Assembly: GCF_018350175.1 (NCBI RefSeq)
Contig: NC_058369.1
Location: 26,476,001-26,540,000 of the forward strand
Reading direction: 5' to 3'
From: Felis catus
Lineage: Eukaryota
Length of the DNA: 64,000 nucleotides
Under the pieces are notes generated by a model. That model had not been told where the DNA came from, searched no databases, and saw nothing but the letters and a program-made list of their open reading frames with translations. Below are positions 12,230 to 25,199 of the stretch, piece after piece; the stretch's first letter is position 1, and each line of letters opens with the position of its first letter. Both the position numbers and the translations under genes were made by a program.

Positions 12230-13760
12230 CTAGTCCTGAAGTCTTGGCCAGTTCTTGCTTTTGGACTTAAGAGAACCGTTGTTTCAGTGTCCCCAGCAGT
12301 AGCTCCTCGTGGGGAACTCCCGGGGGCGGAGCCAGGCTGAGTAAGAAGGGCAGTCAGTCCCAGAACTGACGTCGGGCTGGGGCAGAAGCTCCCGCCAACG
12401 GCTCGCCTCGCACCTTCGGCTCCAGGGGTCTGCGGGCAGGACTACTGGGTGGGGGCGTGCTCCTTGCCCATGGCCGATCGTGGCTGTCCCGTGAGCCCGA
12501 GTCCCTTGACACTTTCTATTCCCGTACCCCCAGCTGGCAGGGACCACGTTCGGGCCCGATTTTCACCTTCCCTAAACCTCTTTCCAAGCACAAATCTGGA
12601 AGGAAACGCTCCGAACGCTCACTGCCGGCATTGCTTTTCTTTTTTCTACGTCTCTAGTTTTCCAAATTATTTTTACAGTGACCGTATACCACGTTTGTTT
12701 CATTTTCCTAAATAACAAAAATCTCTTATCGTTCTGGGTAGGAAAGTAGTATGTGCTTATTGCAAATAAGTAAACAAAAAGACAAATAGGAGAAAGAGGA
12801 AAAAAAAACCCAAAGCCTTGTCATCCAACGTTTATCCTTGAAAATAACCACCCGTGTGTTTCCTTCTACATGTTTTTCTCTTTACGCGCATATATAGAGA
12901 AAACCGCTTTCTCACCTTCCCCTCCCTTGGCTCTCTCCTGCCCTTCGCCCGCCAGTGGGATACCTCGCTGGACGTCACCAGCGGCTATGCCTCTGTGCTT
13001 CTTCATGCGGGGCGGCGGGCTACCCGGGTCTCACCCATTTTCCACTCTCCCACGCCTCCACACCCTTCGCGCGCTTAAGAGACCCGCCAGGGGGTGGAAC
13101 GTTGCGGGACTTAAACAGTTGGGAAAACGAGTGAGTGTGTTTGGGCGGGCGCGCGCGCGTGCTCACACATAGGAATGAATCTACGCGTAGGTCCCCAAAG
13201 GGAAGAATGTGGGAGGGAAAGAAGGAATGAAAGGAAAACAAAAGTAATTTAAACGAATGAAACAAGGGAGGAAGGCAGAGAAGTGAAGAAGGACGGAGGT
13301 GCCCGGCGGCGGGATGGCCAGGCTGGGCGCCCGACTGTCCTCGCTGAGTGCACGAGGTGGGGTGGCCTTGCCCTCACTTACCCGACCTGAGCAGCACTGC
13401 CCGGTAGAGCCCGGTGGCCTCGGCGGGGCCCCGTGCCCGCTCGCCCAGCCTCTGCGCCATGCGCCCGCGCGCCCGACTGCAGTGCCGGCACTGCGGGCCG
13501 CAGCGCAGCGGCGGATACTACTCCGGGGGCCGGAGTGTCTCCGCGCCGGTGACGCGAACCGAGGCCCAAACCCAGCCGCGGATCGAGTTACCACGGCGGC
13601 CGCAGCGTCCGGCGAGGAGGCGCCGCCGAGGGAGGGACAGAGCTCTGGGGCAAGGGCAGGTATCCCGCTCGCGCAGTGGGCAGGGCGCGGGTCAGGGTCT
13701 GGGGCCCAAGGAGAGCCTATATCCTGATTTCTAGCCTTGGTCTCCCACTCACGCTTCTCC
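12230..13760. promoter_or_regulatory. CpG island / promoter of the FAM107A MAQRLG isoform (core ~12940-13700)
   Basis: Dense CpG and high GC (e.g. gcgcgcgcg, ggcggccgc) against a CpG-poor background. Overlaps the 13382-13460 exon. Confidence 0.9.
13382..13460 (-). CDS. FAM107A: FAM107A CpG-island alternative first exon, coding part MAQRLGERARGPAEATGLYRAVLLRS(+1 nt)
   Basis: ATG at 13460, 79 nt, then TCGG|gtaagt. Closely matches the recalled human isoform N-terminus MAQRLGEWARGPSDATGLYRAVLLRS. Confidence 0.88.
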
Positions 13761-14041
13761 ATTTCCCTGGCCGCTGGCCTCCTGGAACACTACAAGCAGG
13801 TGTGCGTTTCTGAAGTGGCACCCTGGGATCACGTCCTAGCACCACCAGCTTATAACTGTGTGACTCCACCATTTAATTACCTACCCTCGCAGAGCCACAG
13901 TTTTCTCACCTGTAAAATGGGAATAGCCACAGTGCTTATCTCACAAGGTTGTGAGATATGAGATTATACATCTACAGTATATGATTATATGTATTACACA
14001 TAATCTTAGAACAGTGGCTGGCAAAGAACAAACACTATATA

Positions 14042-14044
<3 letters not shown>

Positions 14045-14095
<51 letters not shown>
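14045..14095. repeat. (AT)n microsatellite, ~25 units
   Basis: Seen directly. Confidence 0.97.
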
Positions 14096-14096
<1 letters not shown>

Positions 14097-14349
14097 TTTT
14101 AAAAAGTATCCTAGGGTGAGTGGCACTGAGAAGCAGGGGCCTTTACTGTAGGAGGAAGGTTGTGGTAGGGCTCCACAAGATTGTTTTTCCCCAATTTGTA
14201 CAATCCCTTTAACAGCCAGAGATGGGAGGACCAACCAAAGGAGTCCAAAAGTGGAGATTTGGAAGATATAAGAAACTGACAATTTTAATTATCTACTCTG
14301 TCTGGTGCTGTGCTAAGTTCCTTCTAAAATAAAAACTACTGTTTATTGT

Positions 14350-14520
14350 GTGCTTCATGTCCTCTTTCATTCTATCTTCACAACCCTGTGAATTAGGGTC
14401 TATTAGCCTTCCAATTTTACAGATGAGGATACTGAGGCTCAGAGAGGTTAAGCAATTTATCTGGGATCACACAGTGTGGAGCTGGAACACAAACTCAGGT
14501 ATTTTGACCCCAGACATGGG
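14350..14520 (-). mobile_element. MIR
   Basis: attttacagatgaggatactgaggctcagagaggttaagcaattt core. Confidence 0.75.
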
Positions 14521-15441
14521 CCACCCTGCTCTACTACCCCTCTGTTATCTCATTTACTCTTCACAAAAGTACTGAAGGGTAGGTATTATCTCCAGTTTGG
14601 AGATGAAGACATTGGGGCTCTGGAAGGTGAGGTGGCTTGCTCGTGCTCACACAGCTAGTTGGAGGAACCAAGACTCAATCCAGTTCTCCACCCACAAAAC
14701 CAGTGCCCCTGAAATCTACAGACCCCTGGAGCTGTCCAGAGTACCAGATGGCCTCTGTTCAAAGCTGTGCCTGTGTGGGCCAGGGAATCTTGAGCTGGCT
14801 GTCGGAGCCTCTATCACATGGTACCGTCTCCCTGTGCCCCTGTGTCCTCTCTAGCCTTGGTGCCCCCTAGACCAGCTGCCAGCCAAGTGCTCTCTGGCCG
14901 GTCCTTTGCCACTTCCCAAGCCCAGCTTCTGTTGGGACTTGGAGATTTCTGTACTTCTCTGCTCCTTTGTCACCACCCGGGGTCCCAAGGATCCAAGTGG
15001 TGCACTTTGATCTTTGGGGACATCACTGATTGGTCAGATTGGTCATATGCCTCATCCACAACCAACCACCATGAGTGCCAGGCACGATTACAGATATTTA
15101 CTATTGACTATTCCATATCCATTCTTTAGAGGATGAAATTATATATGAGTTATTATTCATCTCCTTTAATCCACTCTTTGATCAAGTATGGTTATGCTCC
15201 TTTTAGAGATAAGAAAAATAAGTCTCAAGTGACTTGCCCACAATCACATAACTAGTTAGTAATGGAGCTGGAATTGGAACCCAGGGGATGACAAAACTTT
15301 GCTGTGGAGGGGAAGCAAAGACAGCTGTTGAATAAGGTGAGGATTCAGGAAAATTGTGATGAAGTAATGTGCTTTTAAAGAGCAGAAAGAAGGATTAATT
15401 TTGGTTGCATCCCTGAGGAATTCTAGGTGGGTCTGACTTAC

Positions 15442-15505
15442 CTTGGCCATTTAGTCTCTGCTTCTCATTTTCATGATGAAATATGGCCTGAGGAGAGTAT
15501 TCTTT
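15442..15505 (-). CDS. FAM107A: FAM107A internal 64-nt exon of the distal-promoter isoform: KEYSPQAIFHHENEKQRLNGQ(+1 nt)
   Basis: Splice sites tttctgttcacag|AAAGAATAC...GGCCAAG|gtaagt. Resembles recalled human YSPQARFHSENEKQRRNG. 24+64 nt leaves phase 1, the same as the 79-nt exon. Confidence 0.85.
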
Positions 15506-15749
15506 CTGTGAACAGAAAGAAAGTAGGTAGAGGTGAGGACCCTCCCTTCCCTGGCAGGGGAGGAATGAAGTGATATTCATAGGGTTGCTGAGTTCCCACA
15601 GGAGGGACTGATCAAGGTTGAAGTCCTCTCCAGAGAAACAAATTACTATAGTCCTTGGAGTGTGTGTGTGCCTGTGCGAATGTGTGTGTGTCCACACACG
15701 CACATGCACACATGTTGAGGGACATTTATAAGACATGCTCTTTTAAAAA

Positions 15750-16110
15750 AGTTAATTTTTTGAAGAACAGCTATAGATTTAGGAAAAAACTGAGAAGATA
15801 GTATAGAGAGTTCCTTACATCATGCATCCAATCATTCTGTTAATATCTTATATGTATGTCGATGTACATGTATGTAGGGTGGCAGGTGTGTTACAATTAT
15901 TGAGCTAATATCAATATATTATTATCAACTGAAGTCCATACATCATTCAGATTTCCTTAGTTTTTACCTAATGTCGTTTTTCTGTTCCAGGATCCTATCC
16001 AAGACACCACGTTACATTGAGTTGTCATGTCTCCTTAGGCTCCTCTTGGCTCTAATAGCTTTTCAGACTTTCTTTGTTTTTGATGACCTTGACAGTTCTG
16101 AAGAGTACTG
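15750..16110 (-). mobile_element. Old L1 3' end fragment (L1MC-like)
   Basis: gtttttctgttccaggatcctatccaagacaccacgttacatt..gtcatgtctccttaggctcctc. Confidence 0.7.
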
Positions 16111-16285
16111 AGATCCATATTCTTTTATGTTGAAGTCTTATCCATGCTGTTGCCTCTACCTGAACTACCTTCTCCCTACCTTCCTGGCAAACACCTCTTT
16201 CTTCAAGGGCCAATTAAGACTTCAGGGTCTGGTCCTCAAGGTCAGTTCTTAGACATCTTCTCTTCTCTCTCTAAACTCTCATGAC

Positions 16286-16307
16286 TTTTTTTTAATGTTT
16301 ATTTATT

Positions 16308-16338
<31 letters not shown>

Positions 16339-16508
16339 CAAAGCATGAGTGGGAGAGGGGCAGAGAGAGAGGGAGACAAAATTCGAAGCAGGCTACAGGC
16401 TCTGAGCTGTCAGCACAGAGCCTGACATGGGGCTGGAACTCACAAACTGCGAGATCATGACCTGAGTCGAAGTCAGATGCTCAACCGACTGAGCCACCCA
16501 GGTGCCCT
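16286..16508 (-). mobile_element. CAN-SINE with TSD taaactctcatgacttt, inserted in L2
   Basis: Canonical reverse-complement SINE with an exact flanking direct repeat. Confidence 0.95.
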
Positions 16509-16509
16509 T

Positions 16510-17970
16510 AAACTCTCATGACTTTAAGAACAACTCTAAGCTGAAGATCCCCACATGCATATTTCCAAACCAGACTTTCACTCTGAGCTTAAACTTTGGC
16601 TAACACGCTGCTTGACGTATCCACTTGAAAGTCTAATAGGCCCTACTCACCATGGCCCAAACAGAACTGTTGATCACTCCAACTTCCAACATGTTCCTCC
16701 CCTGTCCCCCCTCTTGTCAAGTGACTCCACTCTGGCTCTGTGGCTCAGGCAGCATCCTGGGGGGTCCACTTTGTCCTGTCTTCCCACAAGTGCACAGTCC
16801 TCAGATCACCAAGGCATGATGAATCCACCTGCTGACATCTCTTCAATCCATCCAGTTCCAATGCCCCAATCCTACCCCAGGCACCACTGCCCTGTGCCCG
16901 AATGCCTGCAGTAGCTTCTCTTCTTTCAAGCTGTTCGCCACACAGATTCCAGGGCAAGTTTTTAAATGTAACTCAGACTCCACTCCTGCCTTACTGAAAA
17001 CCCGTTGTTGCATTTCGGGACACACCTTCTTCTAGCCTATAAGGCCTTCTCAACCCAGTGCCTCCCTGCCACCCTTTCAAATCCCAACAATCTGTTCCTT
17101 CAAAGGTTCAAGGGCTTGTGGTGGTTCAGGTCCTGACACACAAAGGTCCTGACCTTGTGAAACTGGCATTCTAGTGGGGGAGCTAGACAATAAGCATAAT
17201 GAATAAGTAAAGTAGATAGTATGTTCCAAGGTGATGGATACTGTGGAAAAGAGAAATGAGAATAGGCTGGGAGAAGGTTAGTGGTAAGTGGGGGAGTAGG
17301 GGTAATAGGTGGCTGCCCAGAGGGTCTCATTGAGAAGGGGAGGTGTGAACACAAACTTGAAGGAAGTGGGGGAGTTAGCCAGACAGATATTTTGGGCAAG
17401 AGAGTTGCAGACGGAGGGAACAGCTGGAGCTAGGGTCCTGAGGCTGGAGTGTGCCAGAAGGTTCAGGGAAGAGCAGGCTGCCAGGGTGGCTGGAGTGGAG
17501 GGACGCAGGAGTGGTCACGTGAGGGAAAGTCAGCGGAGAATGGGGGCCACCTTCCTCCACACATCACACTCCAGCCACTGAGAATTCTGCTTGGGTTCCT
17601 GAAAGCCCTGATGTTTCTCACCTCCTGCTTCTGCACAAGCCATTGCCTCCACCTGTGCACATTCCCCAGCTCTGCCCAGTTCCTCCTGCTTATCCATTAA
17701 ATCTCAGCTGAAATGCCATTTCCCCAAGGAGGCCCCCTTAGATCATGTGCTCCAGTACCCCAGACTTCACTTATATGACTCCTCACCACTGAGTTATGAT
17801 TGTTCGAGCCCCACTTCCTCCACCAGACTATACAAGACTTAAGGGGGAAGACCAGGTTCACAGCTGTCTCCCCAGGGCCTACTCCAGAGCTGGGCTTGGC
17901 TTGGATGTGGGATAATGATTTGTTGAAAGAATGAATGAAGTGAATGAATGAATGAATGAATGAGTGAGTG
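16510..17970. mobile_element. Cluster of L2 fragments in both orientations, ending in a (GAAT)n tail
   Basis: L2-like text (ccagactttcactctgagct; ctcattgagaaggggaggtgtgaaca; tttgttgaaagaatgaatgaa). Confidence 0.55.
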
Positions 17971-19070
17971 CATCCACACAGGGAGCTCTGGTCTGTAAGG
18001 AGAAAGTGGGCAATTCCAGAGAGTAATCCAGGACCAGAACCCAGGGAAGTCCTCTGCTGTCTGCTCAAGGATTATTCAGGGTGCACAGAAGGGGCTGGGT
18101 GCTCCCATTTTGAACTCTGCCACCCAGGAGGGCATAAAAAAGGGAGGGTGTCTGGGATTTGGCCAAGCTTCTTTCGTGGTTTTTAACAAAGGGATTAAGA
18201 AAACAAATAACTTCATCCATGGAAGAAAGCTCCAGAGGGCTTGAAGGGGATCTGAGCTTCTTCCCACATCTTCCTACAGACCTGGGAAGTGGGGCTGGGG
18301 CCCAAGGGCAACCTTAGACTTACACAGCCAGGATTTTATCAGGAGAAGCTCTAAGACCCGGAGTTCAAAGAGTTGTCCCTTGCACACTCTCCAACCTCCC
18401 TTGCACGAAAGACTTGTTGGAAAATCAGGCCATCACGTGTCCAGTAACACGCGATGTGATCCAGGCAGATTCCTCTCTCCCTTCAATGACTAGAGTTCAG
18501 TGAGCAAGAAAACACTCCACTTGCATGTACCCCCTTGCAAAGGCAAAGCTGAATCAAAAAGCTGCTTGGATCTTTTGCTGATGCATTACTAGTAACTAAG
18601 AGTGTTTCCCAAGGACTGTGCTCATAAATACAGCCCTCATTTGCTCACACAATTCAGGGACTGGAAGATGCTGGCTTAGTTATAATTTTGGTTAGTGAAC
18701 ATCAACATACATGATTGCCAGAGGAAATACTATTGTGTATGGAACAACATACCCAACTGTGGCTGGGCAAACTCAGTGTGTTTGCATTTGTATTTCTCCT
18801 GACTTCTCCGTTATCCCCACCTGCTTCTTTTTCATGTCTCAATTGTTGAGAGAGTTTTTGGGGGTTGGTCCCTGGGGACGTTCAATGAGCCTATCCTCCA
18901 AAGTTTCCTCTTCTCCACTTTGCTACTTTCCCTGAAGGCTGATTCCTCTATTTGAGAAGTGCCAAGGAGACTATGGACCCATCACACATCCTGCTTAGTG
19001 TTCCCAATAGGATACATGCACCAGGTAACACTTAAGTGACCTTGCTTTGTTTGTTAAAAATTGAAGTGTA

Positions 19071-19270
19071 GGGACTCCTGGATGGACCCGTTGGTTAAGC
19101 GTCTGACTCTTGGTATTGGCTCAGGTTGTGATCTCGCAGTTTGTGGGTTCCAGCCCTGCACTGGGCTTTGCCAGCACAGAGACTGCTTGGGATTCTCTCT
19201 CCCTTCCCCTCTCTCTGCCCCATTCCTGATTTCTGTCTGAAAATAAATAAACAAACATTTTAAAATAAAT
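19071..19270 (+). mobile_element. CAN-SINE (diverged), TSD aaattgaagt(g/a)tag
   Basis: Head, CT tract, tail and flanking repeat. Confidence 0.85.
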
Positions 19271-19790
19271 TGAAGTATAGCACACATACATAAAATGCAC
19301 TAATTTCAATTGTGTGGCTCAACAAAGTGTTACATATGTGTTCACCCTCAGAGCCACTCCAAGATTGAGATATGAAACATTCCCTGCACTGTAGAAGACT
19401 CCCTTGTTCCCCTTCTCAGTCAATGCCCACCTTTTCCCAGAGTAAGCACTAATTCTGACCAATATCACTGTAGATTTCTCTTATTCTAGAACTTCATATG
19501 AATGGAATCATAAAATTTAGTCTTTGGGACCTGGCTTCTTTCACTTACCAGCATGCTTGAGATTCACTAATGTTGTTGCCTGTATCAACATCTCATCTGT
19601 GGATGGACATTTGGGTGGTTTTCAGTTTAGGCTATGACTAATAAAGCTGCTCTGAACAACTTTCTATGACTTTTGGGGTAAACACAGTGCTTGTTTCTGT
19701 TGGGGAAATACCCAGCAGTGGAATGGCAGGTCATAAGATGGGTGAATGTTTACCTCTTGTAGATGCTGTCAACTGTGATTGTATCAGTTT
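19271..19790 (-). mobile_element. Old L1 (L1M) fragment
   Basis: gaacttcatatgaatggaatcata..ctggcttctttcactta..tggatggacatttgggtggttttcagttt..aataaagctgct. Confidence 0.7.
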
Positions 19791-19978
19791 CTCTGTTGTG
19801 CTTTTTTTTAAAACACTTTGAGATCACTTCTGTGCACAATCTTTGGGATCGATGGGGGAGCGGAAGGAGGTATCAACAAAATTGCATCTTAGATGAACAT
19901 AGATGGACCTGAATTTTGACTTTGGAAGAGATGAGGGTAGGACCTCAGAGTATTTGTCCTTGTAACCTGGAGTGTATC

Positions 19979-19979
<1 letters not shown>

Positions 19980-20020
<41 letters not shown>
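19980..20020. repeat. (GT)n microsatellite
   Basis: Seen directly. Confidence 0.95.
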
Positions 20021-20022
<2 letters not shown>

Positions 20023-20552
20023 GCATCCTTTTTTATCCCCCCACTCCACACCATTAAACTCTAAACACCCTGAGAAACAGGAATGTGACTTATTCAGGAA
20101 TATGTCTTCAGTGTCTAGCATATCCTGGCACATAAATAGGTGCTTATTTAAAAAAAAAACAGTTTAATAATTGTTGCAAATATTTATTGAGCATGTCCTA
20201 GAGCTGAATGCTGTGATAAGACTTTACCAATATGGCTTCACTTAAGCCTCATAATAGTCCTCTGAGATTCGGTAAGAGTGGGGCTCTTGTTTTATGGATG
20301 AGGAAGAAAGCTGGGGCCTTCAGCAGCTAGGATACAAAGCTGGCAAGTGGCAGTTCTGCGGTTAGCCTGGAGGCAGTGTGAGTGTGTGGTCTTTGCCACA
20401 TTCACAAACTGAATGTGTGTGTGCTTGCGTGTGTGTGATGGCAAGAGCCTGCACCTCATTGTACAGAAGAGGAAACTGAGGCTCAGAGAGGTTAAGGAAC
20501 CCTTCTGCATGGAGTCAGCTGGGCCTGCCTCCCTGCCACGCTTTTTTAAAAA

Positions 20553-20765
20553 TATGTTTTTTAATGTTTAGTTATTTATTGTGAAAGAGAGAGAGTGCAA
20601 GCAGGGGAGGGGCAGAGAGAGAGAGGGAGAAAGAGAGAATCCTAAGCAGGCTCCACACTGTCAGTGCAGAGCCTGGTGTGGGCTCAAACTCACGAACCCT
20701 GAGATCATGACCTGAGCCAAAATCAAGAGTCGGATGCTTAACTGACTGAGCCACCCAGGCACCCC
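20553..20765 (-). mobile_element. CAN-SINE
   Basis: Reverse-complement canonical SINE. Flanks ctgccacgct / ctgccatgct. Confidence 0.92.
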
Positions 20766-20790
20766 TGCCATGCTAACTCTTAAAGGTGGA

Positions 20791-20809
20791 ATTTTTTTTA
20801 ATGTTTATT

Positions 20810-20847
<38 letters not shown>

Positions 20848-21010
20848 TGAGCAGGGAAGGGACAGAGAGAGAGGGAGACAGAATCTGAAGCAGGTTCCAG
20901 GCTCTGAGCTGTCAGCACAGAGCCTGACGCAGGGCTCGAACTCACAAACCGCGAGATCATGACCTAAGCTGAAGTTGGAAGCTTAACCGACTGAGCCAGC
21001 CAGGCGCCCC
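20791..21010 (-). mobile_element. CAN-SINE with TSD aaaggtggaat
   Basis: Reverse-complement canonical SINE with a direct repeat. Confidence 0.95.
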
Positions 21011-22944
21011 AAAGGTGGAATGTTCTTAACATGGACCTTTGGCTTCTGCCCCCGACTCCCATTCCCCACTCCTGAGCTCATGGCCACTGGTTGTCACAGG
21101 ACCCTCTCTGAGCCTCTGCCTTAGTGCCTCACTCTCACAAAGTCACTGTGCTGTGTGAGGCAACACTGGCCTCCTCCTTGTCCTTCATCCCCAGGGACCA
21201 AGAGAATCAAACCTGGCAATCCTTCCTTTGAAGTGCTGGGCACTGCTTGGAGAGGGCCAAACCCTGGGACTCGCTCCTTTCCAGGGGTCCACTTACATCA
21301 CACTGGTGTTGGGTTCTCAGCTGAGTGCGGTAACCAGGGCACTGTCTTCCATCAAAGGAAGCCTCCGTGGTTCCGGTCTCCAGGGTCTTCTCACTGCTCC
21401 ATTCATTTCAACCCCTCAGGCCTCGGAGGCCTGGAACTCTGCCTCTCCCGGAACCCAAGCTAAGGCATTGGGCCAGGAGCACCCCCTACCCAGCCGCCAG
21501 AAAAGCCTTCCTCTCCTGGCCTGAACTTGGTGGCTGGGCTGCTTAATTATCCTTGAAAGCTCTTAATGTATTTAAACATTTGGAATAACCTAATTGCACA
21601 CAAGTTTAAAAGTAGCATTTGTCCTTACTGCCCCTCCTCAAGCCCCATCTCACCCCTTCCCCAGAGTTATTACTGTTTTGTTTTGTTTTGTTTTTTTTGA
21701 TGCTGTGTGTGTCTGTTTTGGTCATTTTCCTGCAGCTTGCTTTTTAAACTCTATCATATGTCTTCTAGATATTTCTATGTCAATACACATAGATCCTCTC
21801 GACTATTTTGATCCACTGCAGTGTATAATACAGGGTGATGCCTACAGTTGTTTGTTTGTTTGCTTGTTTTTCCCCAACAAATCCCTTTAGTTGGACATGT
21901 AAGTTGTTTCTAATTTATCACCATTACAAACAATTCTGCTCCAAACATCCATGTGTTTACCGCTCCATGCAGGGATGTGGGCGTTTCTCTAGGGCAGACA
22001 CTGAAGTGTAAATGCCAGGCCAATGCTAAATTTTAGCAGGTGCTACCAAATCACCCTCCAGAATGGCTGTACCATTTCACACGCCCACCGTCAGTGTCTC
22101 AGATTACTGGGTTGTCTACACCCTCACTAAGTCTGGGTGTTATGAATCTTTAAGTTTGTCTACTGAAAATGAGTCTATGATATTAGTGGTTACTGTTGTG
22201 GGAGGCGATAGTGGTTGAGAAGGGGCACAAGGGGCCTTTTGGGGTGCTATTGATGTTCTGTTTCTCGATCTCAGTAGCAGCTACACAGATATTTTAAATT
22301 TCTCAAAATTCATTGAGTGGTACACCTATGATGGATTCACTTTTCTGTATGTATGTTATTCTTCAATAAAATGCTCAAACTGTTTCCTCCCTCCCCCAGT
22401 CTGATAGGTGACAAACAGCATCCCACAATCATTTTTTTGGAGGTTGTACCTTCTTTTGTTGGTCCATGGGCCTTCTGGATCCCTTCTGGAATATTTTAGT
22501 TCTGGGTCTTAGAGAATGGTTTTTCTGACAGAAGAAAACCTCTTTAAGAAAGGGGAAAAGATACTTGACCCTCTCTGAGCACCAACCATATGTTTTAATG
22601 CTCACAGCAGACTTTCAGGATAGATGATGCCATATACCCCAGGAGGCTGGGGCTCAGAGCAGTGAGGTGACATGCCCAAGGTCATGAAATTGTCTGACTG
22701 CAGAGTCCTATCCTCCTTGTTACCCTTTAAGCTGCCTAGGTGACAGGCATTGGGCTAACCATACAACAGGCATGATCACAAGTAATCCCTGCAACAGCCC
22801 AGTGAGGTATCTATATTGTCATCCCATTTTACAGATGAGAACACAGAGGCTCAGAAAGGTTAAATAACTTGCTCAGTTCATCCTGTTAGTAAGTGGAGGA
22901 GCAGGGTGAGCCCAGGTCTGCCTGGCTCTAATGCTGTGATAAGG

Positions 22945-23130
22945 CAGTTCTATCCAATAGAATGTTCTGAAATGATGGAAATGTTTGATATCTGTGCTGA
23001 TGATATGGTATCCATGAGCCACAACTGGCTATTTAGCACTTGAAATGTGGTTCATGCTTCTGTGGAACCGAAATTTTAGTCTTATTTAAATGTCATTAAT
23101 TTAAGTAGCCTGTGTTGGGCAGTGCAACTT
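22945..23130. mobile_element. MER3-like hAT-Charlie element
   Basis: tccaatagaatgttctgaaatgatggaaatgtt..tatctgtgct..tggctatttagcacttgaaatgtgg. Confidence 0.7.
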
Positions 23131-23339
23131 TAGAGTCAGGTCAGGAGAAGGAGAAAAACTGTAGGGTGTAAGTGCAGATGACCAAGCAGCTGCCCTTGTG
23201 GGAAGCCAGCCAGCCCACCGGGAGGGACCCCCTCCTAGTGGTCCTCACAAAGCCCACACACAGCTACTTCTCTTTTCAGGCACCAGAATCATGCTCTGCA
23301 GCAAGAGCCAAAGCTTTGTACTCAGAAGTGGCTGTAACA

Positions 23340-23700
23340 CAATGGAAAACAATGAAATCTTGCCATTTGCAACTACATGGATGGAACTGGAGGGTATTAC
23401 GCTAAGTGAAATTAGTCAGAGAAAGACAAATATCATATGACTTCACTCATATGAGGACTTTAAGATACAAAACAGATGAACATAAGGGAAGCAAAAATAA
23501 TATAAAAACAGGAAGGGGGACAAAACATAAGGGACTCTTAAATATAGAGAACAAACAGGATTGCTAGAGAGGTTGTGGGAAGGGGGATGGGCTAAATCGG
23601 TAAGGGGCTTAAAGAATCTACTCCTGAAATCATTGTTGCACCATGTGCTAACTAACTTGGATGTAAGTTATAAAAAAATAAATAAATTATAGAAAAAAAC
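23340..23700 (+). mobile_element. 5'-truncated carnivore/felid L1 (3' end) with TSD
   Basis: aatgaaatcttgccatttgcaactacatggatggaactggagggtatt (ORF2 end: NEILPFATTWMELEGI), 3' UTR, A tail. TSD cagaagtggc(tg/ca)taaca at 23323-23339 and 23702-23718. Confidence 0.92.
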
Positions 23701-23916
23701 CCAGAAGTGGCCATAACAAACCTCTCAACCTAAGACTCCGTTTCCTCATGTATTAGATGGGTATCAGAATAGGGCTAGTTTTAAGATTAAATGAAAGAAT
23801 ACATAGTGCCTGGCACATATGTGACATTCAATAAGCTATTTAACAGTCATGCTATTATCATAATTATTGATCACAGGCTCACTTGTAAGGTTTTTCATTA
23901 TATAATGGTAAAGCAT

Positions 23917-24132
23917 GGGGCGCCTGGGTGGTTCAGTCGGTTAAGCGTCTGACTTTGGCTCAGGTCATAATCTCATGGTTTTTGAGTTCCAGCCCCACGT
24001 TGGGCTCTGTGCTGACAGCTCAGAACCTGGAGCCTGTTTCAGATTCTGTGTCTCCCCCTCTCTCTGCCCTTCCCTGCTCATGTTCTGTCTCTCTGTCTCT
24101 CAATAATAGATAAATGATAAAAAAATAAAAAA
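23917..24132 (+). mobile_element. CAN-SINE with TSD ataatggtaaagcat
   Basis: Canonical structure and a direct repeat. Confidence 0.95.
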
Positions 24133-25199
24133 ATAATGGTAAAGCATATTCATGCTAATAATTTAAATAATGCAGATGGGTATAAAGTGGGACCTAAAAA
24201 TCCCCAAATACTTTAACCCCAAATCCCCCTCCCAGATGAAACCACTGTAAGTAGTTTCTTATGTGCCCATCCAGGAATTATTTCCACTTTCATAAACATC
24301 TAGAATAATTCTGATCTATCCTTTTGAAAAGTACAAAAGGGATCACATGAAATGCACTATTCCATTACTTGCTTTTTTATCACTTTATGATATCTCAAGG
24401 GCGTTTTTCCACACGTGTAATTCAGATACACAGCATTATTTCACTGTCTGCACAATGTTTCCCGGTAAATGTTGTTCGTAACTTATTTTGCAGGTCCTTA
24501 CTGATGGACATTTAGGCTGTTAGCATTTGTTTTGCTATTGTGAGCAATATTTCAATAAGTACTTTACACATGTCTTTCTGTATATGGGTAAGTGCACCCA
24601 CCAGAGGGAAAATTCTTACCAGTGGTATCCCTGGGTCAATGGTTGGGATATTTTCAAGTATGATAGATCTTGGCATATGTAAAATCTCTTTTTAAATCTC
24701 TCAGGAGCACTGGTATTTAAAAGGAATGTTCTAGTAGTTTCTTCTGAAAAGATTCCTTAAGCCATGCTAATAATCACCCCTGGAATGTATTTGCTGGGTG
24801 GGTTTTGAATTTTGGAGAAATGTTTTCTTTAAGTAGATCTAGTTTGTGTGGTCCCTGTGGTGTAGGGTCATGGACAGGGCAGGAGAGGGGACTTGGCCAA
24901 GGGGCACCCGGAAGTCAGGGAACTGGATCCCCACTAATCCCACCCCCATCCTCTGGCTGGCTGCTGGAGCCTGAGGGCAAAAACTCTGCCTTCCTGTGAG
25001 ACCAATCCTATAGGAAGCAGGGCTTTGCTGCTTCTGAACTGACACTCTAGGGGAGCCACTGAGCCTGTGGATCTGGTGGGGCAGGGGGAGGAGAGGAGAC
25101 ACCTGAAGGGCCTTGCCAAAGATTGGACAATGGTGATTCTCAGCAGGTGAAATCCAAACAGCCCACAAGTGTAAGAAAAGATACTTGGCCTCCCCAGAA

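Noticed and set aside
13181..13762. Long overlapping ORFs (193, 142, 106 aa) in the CpG island
   Set aside because: Stop-codon scarcity in GC-rich DNA. The recognisable coding frame is the 79-nt FAM107A exon, in a frame the track did not list.
23198..23440. ORF ending NEILPFATTWMELEGITLSEISQRK
   Set aside because: This is the C-terminal remnant of L1 ORF2 in a 5'-truncated insertion, not a gene.
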